The translations under genes and the position numbers were made by a program. This document shows positions 54,200 to 64,000 of a stretch of 64,000 nucleotides of DNA, one piece after another (position 1 is the stretch's first letter; each line of letters begins with the position of its first letter). Source of the DNA: Paraspadella gotoi. Its lineage: Eukaryota > Animalia > Chaetognatha. The notes under the pieces are model-generated. The model had not been told where the DNA came from, ran no database searches, and saw only the letters and a list, made by a program, of their open reading frames with translations. The stretch spans positions 24,409,861 through 24,473,860 of the forward strand of contig CM119265.1 in NCBI GenBank assembly GCA_051294375.1. Direction: 5' to 3'.

Positions 54200-54622
54200 A
54201 ACACTAATTTAGTTCATTAAAAAATTCATTTCAAAATAGGTTTTTCTTAGTTTTGATGGCGGATTTGAATTCTTCGTCAAAAGTTGAAAAAAGAAGGCAA
54301 GAAATATATTTAAAAGTGGATTAAAAGTTCAAAAAACTACATTTAATATATATAACAAAATAATTTTCAGTTTAAAATATAGATTTTTCTGATTTTTGAC
54401 CATAAACTTTTTATGACGAATCCAAATCTGTAAGGAAATCTCACAAAAAACCATTTTGAAATTTTAAAATTTATAGGATTAGTACTAAGTGTAATTGTGT
54501 ATATATATAGCCTACTGCGTAAATTGCCAAATTTATATGTTCAACAGTACAATGTTGTTTATTCCTCACTTTTTATCAATTTTAATAAATTTAAAGTTAA
54601 ATTTAGAATTTTTACTACGCCA
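54200..54622. mobile_element. Foldback/MITE family copy homologous to 1-453
   Basis: tttcaaaatagg..gatttgaatt..cgtcaaaagttga..gacgaatccaaatctg..gcctactgcgtaaattg..ttttactacgcc is shared with 1-453. Confidence 0.7.
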
Positions 54623-54748
54623 TATCCCTCAACAGTTCACTCCCCCCTCCTTCCCCTTTAGATACACCGGCCGCGCCCATTTCCGGTGCGAAAGGAAAAA
54701 AAACCCCGGGGTTCAAAGTTGATCCATTCCTCGTGAACCATCAACAGT

Positions 54749-54815
<67 letters not shown>

Positions 54816-55667
54816 AGAGCAAAAAAATACAAAAACTGTCGACGGTAGACGTTGTTCAAACGGAAACTGTCTTCGGAATTCCATAGATCGAGAAAAGAAA
54901 AGCGTATGTATGTATGTATGTATAGAAATTTAACTTCCTCCTCACGTGGACTGGATCGTGGTTTAAAAATAAAACACTTGAAAGACAAAGACGACGACNN
55001 NNNNNNNNNNNNNNNNNNNNNNNNNNNNNNNNNNNNNNNNNNNNNNNNNNNNNNNNNNNNNNNNNNNNNNNNNNNNNNNNNNNNNNNNNNNNNNNNNNNN
55101 NNNNNNNNNNNNNNNNNNNNNNNNNNNNNNNNNNNNNNNNNNNNNNNNNNNNNNNNNNNNNNNNNNNNNNNNNNNNNNNNNNNNNNNNNNNNNNNNNNNN
55201 NNNNNNNNNNNNNNNNNNNNNNNNNNNNNNNNNNGAGAGAGAGAGAGAGACACGAAAAAAGCGTCTCGGGTCGGGAATATTTCTTTCTCTCTTTGAGATT
55301 TTCCATCAAAAATCGAGAGAGAAAAAAAAGTTGAAAAAAAAGAAAAAAAAAGAAAAAAAAGAAAAAAGCCCTTGAGACATTTGCGGAGGTTTGAGTCGTC
55401 GAATCGACCAACCGTCTCAACGACTTTGCTGCAGACGTCTTTGCTTCTCTTCTTCTTTTCCCTCTTCCTCCTCCTTCTCCTCTTCCTCCTCATCCTCCTC
55501 CCGCTCTTTTTTTCAACCTCTTCTTTTTCTTCTTCTTCTTCTTCTTCTTCTTCTTCTTCTTCTTCTTTTTCTTTTTCTTCCCCCTTTTACCCTCTCTTTT
55601 CTCTCTTTCTTAACCCTACCCTTCTTTTCTTGACATAACATCTCACTCCACACAAAAGATTTTCACT

Positions 55668-55792
<125 letters not shown>

Positions 55793-58700
55793 AAAATCCT
55801 TCTGAACCCAAGTTTAGCTTTCCTTTTCAACCTTCTTCTTTACTTTGATTCTCATGTCCCTCTCTTCCTCCCTCTCCGCCCTCTCTTCTTCTTCATTCTC
55901 GCATCTGCTCCCTCGCACCTCCCACCGCCCCACTTCGCTCAAATGGCACCTGGCGACCGCCGCGCCAGACATAAGCAGATGTCTGTTGCATTCAGTTACA
56001 TCCGGGGAGACGTCTCGATGCGGCAAAGATTGCGACGACTTTTCCACAGAGAAATCAGTTAGATCCGGATGATGTTTCTTGCACGTAACGGTTTCGGTCC
56101 CCCAAGTGCGTGCGATTTCCAACTGCAATGCAAACTGCAAAGATTTAAAGCATCGTATATGCGTGCACAAGGCAACCCCGCATGCGAATGTTAACAAGCC
56201 TCTTTTTCTCTGTTCCCGAGCAATCCCCCCAAAGGACAATGTGTCATCTAAAAAAAAACACGCATTGCCCTAACCCGAGCACCGTCTGCGCGAGCATAGG
56301 GTGCGCATTACACGCGTTTGCACGCACTCGACGATTCANNNNNNNNNNNNNNNNNNNNNNNNNNNNNNNNNNNNNNNNNNNNNNNNNNNNNNNNNNNNNN
56401 NNNNNNNNNNNNNNNNNNNNNNNNNNNNNNNNNNNNNNNNNNNNNNNNNNNNNNNNNNNNNNNNNNNNNNNNNNNNNNNNNNNNNNNNNNNNNNNNNNNN
56501 NNNNNNNNNNNNNNNNNNNNNNNNNNNNNNNNNNNNNNNNNNNNNNNNNNNNNNNNNNNNNNNNNNNNNNNNNNNNNNNNNNNNNNNNNNNNNNNNNNNN
56601 NNNNNNNNNNNNNNNNNNNNNNNNNNNNNNNNNNNNNNNNNNNNNNNNNNNNNNNTCTATCTCTCTCTCCTCCTTCCTCCTTTCGCCCAGAGAGAGACGG
56701 GCTCGGCGCGAAAGAAGCCATAATTTTTCATTACACGATTAATTGTTAAGGGCCTTTACTTTCAAAGTGAGGGGCCCCCTTTTTTTTTCTGTGGGACTGA
56801 CTAAAAACGGGCATCGTAAAAAAAAAGGATCCCCTTCCCCGAAATCTTTCCAATCGTTCCATAAACTTACCTCAACTCACCCGATCAACCCCTTACCCCC
56901 TTTGAACCTCCCATTTCTCAGAAATGTGTAATGGCGACATTAATCTCTTTTCTTTCAGTCGGATGAACAAGCAAGAAGGATGAATTTTCTTTCCAAGCAT
57001 TCAACTCTACCAATCAGACGGAACGAGAGAGACAGACCAAGCATTATATGTATTTTTTTTTTGTTATCAGTTATTCCGTTTGTTTTAATCGGTTATTAGT
57101 TAAGATAATTACTTTTTTTTATTTTCTCTTTCAACCGACCGATCAATGGTTTTCGTTTTCTCATCTGATTAACCAATTATAAAAAGTCAAGAAAAAAAAA
57201 ACTATTCACATCTACACAAAGGAATGTATTTAATTATTTATTATTTAATTATTTCTCTTCCTCTTAGCTTAGTTTTAATCATTAATAAGTTTTTAACTAT
57301 TCTCTTCTATTCCAATATTTGGAAATTTACGTCTATTTTTAGGTCTAGGTTTATTTTCATCGGCACGTCCCTTCAATCGATCGGATTAACACTCGCGACA
57401 CGGACCTCATTTTTTTTTTCCTTTGTTTTTTTTTTTCCTTTCAACGTTTGAACACAAAGAGGAAATAAAACTTTTTTTTTCTTCCGATCTTTTATCTCTG
57501 AGAAAACCCGAGGGCCCGTTCCTCTCCGTCTCGTGGTCGGTGGCGGCAGACAGAGGAAGACAAATACAGGAGAATCAGGACAGAACAGTGAACAAAATAG
57601 ACAAGGCAAACAACAATAGCAAGCAGCACAGAAAGACAAGAACAGGAACGCAAAGAACGCATCAGAAACGCACACAACACAGACAAGAAAGCAACCAAGA
57701 ACAGCCACAACAGAAACAACAGAACAGCACAAGCAACAGAAGCAAAGCACAGAAAGAACATGCATACACCGTCCCATGCAAAGACAAGTATAGTTTTGGA
57801 CCAGAAACCATCGGTCTCTCGCATGCGACTGCAGAGTAGGGCGCCACAGGAAAACCCTCAGACGTAAATGCAGGCGCACGCGGAGTGTGCGATGACAAAG
57901 ATAGTGGTCTCTATGCGAGGATATGCACGGACATCTTTTTGAGAGGGAAATAGAGTGCCAGACTCCTGAGTCGTGAATTCTGACGTATACCACATCTGCA
58001 AATCGGACGGAATATGGTAGGATCATAGTTGCATTCGTGCATCGACGAGCCGGCGTTCACGAGATACAGGATTGTTGAGCCATCAACTGACGCATGAGTC
58101 ATGATCCACAGAATGAGCCTCAGATGATCCCAGATGCATCCTCACAGCATGCACAGATTGGAATCAATTTTGAGAGCACACCAGAAATTGACCTCTGACA
58201 TCACAACATTCACACGTGTTAGCGTTGTTTTATTGTTTTTTTTCAGCAGTTTGTTTCACATAGTAAGTAACATTTAATGACATCATTTTTTCAGGAGCGA
58301 ATGCAATGACTGAGACATCAATTAGTTCGTGCAACACAAACATCAGCACCAGAGTTTTTAAAATGTTTTCAAACTCGATTCCCGTCCTTTCCATTTCACA
58401 CAAAGTTCACCATGCACATCAATAACACACACATTCAAACAGCACACAAATCTTGCACACACAATAAACAGGGTTTCTCGCGTCCGTATTTCCAGCGACG
58501 AGAGGCCTCCTCTCCGGCTCTTAACTTCTCCGTCTCTCATCTTTCCGAAATTCGTCTCTGTCTCTGTCAGTCAGACATTCGATCGGTAATTCGCACTACC
58601 GTCGCAGTCCTCGCGCAGTAGTTTTTTCCGTCGTCTCATTTCTGTCGTCGGTCGTCGTCGTCCGTCTTCTCGGCTATCACAGCGACCTTTCGTCTCCAAG

Positions 58701-60404
58701 CCCATTTTTCGCGTTCAAGTTTCGTTGTGGTTTCGTTCTTTTGGTCTTTTCCTCGATCCTGGAAATGAACAGGGACACAATAGGACACATGTTTTTTTTT
58801 TTGCGGCAGCGCATTGGCATCAACTTATTTCCATTAAAAAAGCTATTCGTATTCATCGGCATTGCTTCAATTTCATGGGTTGATTTACCCCCTTGGAGTC
58901 AACACATGCACAGGATATATTACACCAACATTGATTGCATTGATTGATAAATTTGGCATTGATCACAATTGCAGGTGATTGCATCAGCTTGCATTGATTG
59001 AATTATTTGATTGCACACAGCTCCCCAGACTCAACGCCTTTCCCCCACCACACACTCTTCACTTTCCCCGCTTTTCCCTCCCCCCACAACTTCTCGACCG
59101 CCCCATACTTTCTTCGCTCCCCTTCTTCCTCCCACTGGCCACCCAGCTTCCGGCACCCTTTATCATCCCTCGGCTTCGGACGGTCTGATGATACATCCAT
59201 TAGCGACACTTGTGGCGACAGGATCAACAGAGCAAATACCAACCAAACAAACCAGCAAAACCAAACCAACACACACATACCAAACGTTAACCTATCGACA
59301 GCCACACCATCGATAGCCAACGTTCAACAACGCCCCCATCAAAAACACCACACCAATCCAACCATCAGCGTCTCATGCACCTCATTGCATTGTCTCAACT
59401 CTCGCATCCTCTCCTGCTGATCTTCGTTCGTCAAGCAGAGCAGTCTCGCCGATTTCCGGTCGCCACTCGCAGCAACGAGGCCAGTGTGGAGGTCTTGGTT
59501 GCCACTGGCGACCATCTGAGGCCCCATAAACGAAGCAAACAGCAGGGGTTTTCGTCCGTCGTCGTCGACGTTTCCAATGACCAGTTAACACACACACCAG
59601 TTAAGCAGGCAGATCAAATGGGTTTTTCGTCCATTATCCACCCTGTCTCCAAGAATGCTGACCACAGACAGTGACCCTTAACCCAGTGGCACACACGGTC
59701 TCACAGACAGTCAAACCCCCATCGCAAATACTGTTTCTCAACGTCACACGCAGCACGTCAGGCTGCATTCACCCACAATTATTTTTTTGACCCAGCACAC
59801 ACCACCGCCAACAGACCCACAGCACCCCATCACCCCCACCTGCACTGCGCTAGCACTGTGGTCGAGCAGCGCAAGCGCGTGACATGATGAGGTAGACAGA
59901 CAACAGGGCACAGGAGCGACAATGGTGCAGAGCACGCAAGGTGGTCCAGCGCCAACGCATGGGGCACAGAGGGAACAGGATGCGGCGCGGCTGCGCCAGC
60001 CATTCTCCCAACGGGGACGCCAGGCAACGCAGCTGGACGAAGCAGCATGGCAGCCGGGCATGGAGAGTGTTGCACCTGTAACGTTTATGGATCATCAAAT
60101 CACAACACTCATATATCGTCATGTATTCAATTTTAAGTCAAGAGCTATCGGCCACGTCCCTCGCATCAGCTCAGATGGTAAGCAGGCGGAGGAACTGTAG
60201 TAGGATTTCACCAGACGGTTCATTCCCTTCAGGTCGCTGGTTCCGACATCCGGCTCGCAGGCAGTTCAATTTTTTAAATCACAGCATTCTTCAGCCCAGT
60301 CGTTACCGTAGTTTTATCAATACACCAACAGATAATATTATTAATCAATCATCAAATTTACATATTTGCATTTTCATCATTGGTTGTCACCACATTTCAT
60401 AGTA

Positions 60405-60728
60405 CTACCACATTTGATCGACTCGAACCACTCCTGCACCTTCGGCACCACAGTGACAGCCATTGAGCAAGCCGTATCCAATGAGGCTGCATACATCAAC
60501 CCGGCAAGGCACCAAGACACACATCGGCCTTGCACAGGCAATCACTGGCCCTTTGGGCCCAGGGCCAACGCCAACAGTCTCTCGAACAGCCGTAGGCCGA
60601 GGCGGGCACCAACCTCCACAACCACCTCCATTCTTGCCGCGTCACTAACCACACACAATGATCGCACATTGGGGTCAACATTCGCAGCACCTCTCCCTCT
60701 CTGCTCTCTCTCTGCTCTCTCTCTCTCT

Positions 60729-60773
<45 letters not shown>

Positions 60774-60995
60774 GCCTCTTCACCTATCCAGCGTCCACAA
60801 TGTTGCTCCCACGCCGTGACAGCACTGACATGTCTTTTCCTCCAGGACACCGGCTGGCCAGGCCCGCGCGCGCAGGCCTTGCAGCAATCAGCCCTCCAGC
60901 GCCGCCTTTCATGCATTCCGGCGATGCATTTGCGGCACCCGACAATTTCATTTGGGACAGTTCGCATTTGACAAGAGCAGGACAGGCAGTTTCTC
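60405..60995 (+). pseudogene. Decayed SGNH/GDSL esterase ORF, resembling CR1/L2 LINE ORF1
   Basis: Ordered motifs: LIDSN (60414-60428), P-R/G-A (60558-60566), HIGVN (60665-60679), LLPRRD (60803-60820) and FIWDSSHLTRAG (~60947-60982). One frameshift and a (CT)n tract (60690-60780) lie inside. Confidence 0.55.
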
Positions 60996-63309
60996 GAGGC
61001 TTGGAGTCCTGGGGAGACAACAGGCAAGGCAACAACAGACAGAGCAGGACCAATCAACACAGTAACATGGACAACATCACAATTACACATTCATAACACG
61101 TCATAATTTGACAAACAGTGACAACAAAACAGCCCACGTTTCCGATCCTCTGCATCCGGGTCCCGTCAACCATCCTGGCCCAGAAACATCCCCGATGTCA
61201 AGCAGCAATGCTCCGGACAAGACTGATTTGGACGCCAGCAATCGACGGACACAGAGGTTCCGACACTGTTGGGCAGACAGCACGTCGTGGCCACAACTGG
61301 GGCGGTCGACGGAACAGACAACATCAACATAACATTAATCTACACAGTAATCATCCGTGTGATCATTTATCAACATTAATGTCAACACCACAACCCTTGA
61401 GTTCGACAGCATGCACAGGACCACGTTGTCAGCAGCATTTCGGGACAAGTGCAAACACATTGACGCCACGAAATCATTTGTCTCTCATCGATCTTCTGTC
61501 AGTGCATCTTGAGTCGCACAAGGTAAGTTGTCCTAGCAGCGCAGCGTCATCCCAGCTCGCGCACCCTGAGCACAGTTTCAGGGTCTCAGAATCATCCTCG
61601 CGCATTCAACACCAACCATCCAACCAAGCCGGCCGTTCAACAACCATCCATGGCTCACACAACACCACACATCAACTCCAATCGACGCTGCGATCTCGGA
61701 TGCACCAGCGTCCCTCTCTCGTGCATGTGACTCTGCTGGCAGGCACAGTCGCACGGCTTCGTGGCAGTTGCACAGCCTTTCCAAAATGCACCTGAGAGAA
61801 CAGTTGAACTTTCGTTGTCCGCACACCATTCTTTTGCGAATCCTTCGTCGTCGTCGTCGTCGTCGCGTCGTCATTCCATCTTCGTCTCTTTTTCATGGTC
61901 ATCTTTGACCATCGTTACACGTGTCGTTCATTTTCGTACGTCGACATCTTCGTCCATGTCTGAACCTTCTGATCGCACGCACGTCGTCCCGGATCGAGGT
62001 GGCACCGTGACGCCAGTCGAGCTTCAAACAGTGGCTGCCCATGCAGCACGTCGACGATCTGCTTGGCGGTGCTGCCCGCCTCGTATCGCCAGCAACGTGG
62101 CCTCCCCAAGGCGGCGCGGGCACATGCAGCATTCCAATTCAATCTGGGCCGTCGGCGGTCGTCGCGTCGGTCAGGCCAGCAGGCGCAGCCGTGCTGACCA
62201 GGGTCGGCCCGCCGCAAGGCATCATGCCCGCATACGAAGTTCTTGGCAGAGAACGCCCGTTCGTCTGTCGCACGGGCAGCACGCAGCACCACACTGGTTG
62301 TGGTTCGGCAGGGGCCATTTGGCAGTCGTCCCACATCAACACATACACATCACACATAACATCAACACAATGAATACACAATATACACCATTTTAACAAA
62401 CTCAGCACATTGCTCTTTTCCTACAGCCATCACTTTCACAAGCATGCAGTCCTTCACCTACAGCAGGAGTCCTTCACACCCTTGTGCACCACCAGTTCCC
62501 CTTCGTAGTCTGCAAGCGGTCGATCTTCCTTATCGTCGTACGCACATTCTCGCGCGTCTTGCAATGGACATTCCGTCCACCGACGTCGCAGGTCTTTGGT
62601 CCAGTTCTGCACATGCACATTACAACATGATCATGATTCAACAACAATCACATGCATTCCGAGCAACATCATTTTTTTTCAAAAAACAGTCAAAGCACAT
62701 ACACACATGGGGGCAACACAAATTCATCACAGCGCACATCATCATCATCCAATTTGTTAGAGCCGGATTTTGGTGGCAGGCGTTGCAACACAACAAGCAC
62801 GCACACCATTTCAATACCACATACGCAGGCCACAAACACATTACCCATAACACATGTCCATACGATTGTAAGGATCACAGGCTTCCATTTTGAATCATAT
62901 ATCATCATCAGCAGACATTGATTATTCTCAATTCCTGATTCTTCACAAGTTACCCGTCTTTTTCTCAGCATGTCTCCCCCGTGTGCACCGGGATGAAACA
63001 TTCGCCAGACCACACACGGGCCCACTTCCCATCACGTGACACCACTCCCGATCAGCTCCGCAGGATCCCCGTCGCAGGGCATCCGTGTCCGCCAGGACGG
63101 CACGCAGTGGGTCTCGTGTGTTCGGCTCCCGGCCCGCATGGGCCGCCACATGCCGCCCGCAACGCAATCCTCTCGGGCCAGACAGCCACCGGAACACGGT
63201 CGGCCGTCGAGGCCCGGCAGCTTGCCTTCGCCGCCACAGGATGCGGCCACGCAGGGGTCGGGGGCGTCTCCGTCGTCCTCCTTCCAGCGGCATGACAGAA
63301 CTTCCGGCG

Positions 63310-64000
63310 CATGTCGTCGTCCTCTGCATCCCATCCTCGCTCCTCTCCTCTTTTCCCATGGTCGGTTTTCCGCAACATGACAGATCATTGTCCCATCGTT
63401 GTGATGGTTGTCATTGTGATCGGTTTTGTCATCATTCATCAGTGGTGGTATGTCCATTCGCGTCCATCCCAGGGCCCCTTTTCCCATGCATCACATTCAC
63501 TCGCCAATCGCAAGCATCCATTGATCCAACGTTGTTGCGTTGTTGTAATCTGTTGTGATGCATTGTCCATTGTGGTTGATTGTCCATTCATACGTGGTAG
63601 GTTGTCATCGTCCTCCAGGCACTTCTTTTCCCATGATCGTTATCACCCCCTCAATGACAGCATTGTTGTCCAGCTGCATGGTCGCATTGTCATCCAATTG
63701 TGGTGGCTGTTGTCCATCACGTGGTGATGTCGTAACGTCACTCCTCTGCCCTTTTTCCATGATCATTCACTCCACATAGCACACAGATCATTTTCCACCA
63801 TTGTGGGTTGTTGTCCATCATTGTGATGCATATGTTGTCCATTGTCAGTGGTTCTGCTCATTATCGCAGTGGGTGGTATGTCCATCGTCCTCCAGGATTT
63901 CTTTTCGCATGGTCGTATACCCCAGCAACAGCACTCGTTGTCGCTGCAATGATCCATCATTGTGGTGGCTGTTGTCCAATCAGTGGTGGCATTATCGTCC
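63310..64000. repeat. Degenerate ~130-150-bp tandem repeat
   Basis: The motif gtggt..gtc(c)atcgtcctccagg..cttttcccatg recurs at about 63350, 63445, 63595, 63720, 63870 and 63985. Confidence 0.55.

Noticed and set aside
62041-62373. RT call from HVDDLL and PPQG motifs
   Set aside because: The motifs are in the wrong order for an RT, and no other RT blocks are visible.

Overview
This is repeat-rich eukaryotic (probably invertebrate animal) DNA from an error-prone draft assembly: many N gaps, homopolymer indels, and (GA)n/(GAC)n microsatellites. I recognise no intact protein-coding gene, and nearly all ORF-track entries are translated microsatellites or N-runs. Three long tandem duplications (about 2.1-10.4 kb, 21.9-35.6 kb and 37.2-51.5 kb) are each joined by exactly 25 Ns. 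They are probably two haplotypes assembled side by side, which exposes presence/absence insertions. The window also holds a frameshifted, 3'-truncated CsRn1-clade Ty3/Gypsy retrotransposon (13.5-17.6 kb, minus strand) and a tRNA cluster (Leu-AAG, Lys-TTT, Ile-AAT plus decayed Trp, iMet and Glu-like copies). There is a Penelope-type minimal hammerhead ribozyme inside a palindrome (10.6 kb), nested TIR elements (52-54.6 kb) and a decayed SGNH-esterase ORF resembling CR1/L2 ORF1 (60.4-61 kb). The most interesting observation is two divergent ~255-bp non-coding insertions (4447-4698 minus, 22167-22425 plus). Each is absent from the duplicate copy of its locus. They share termini and a covarying secondary structure, and each carries a circularly permuted (P5-type) twister ribozyme fold with compensatory changes in P2 and the T1 pseudoknot. 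This is a candidate twister-bearing small mobile element family.
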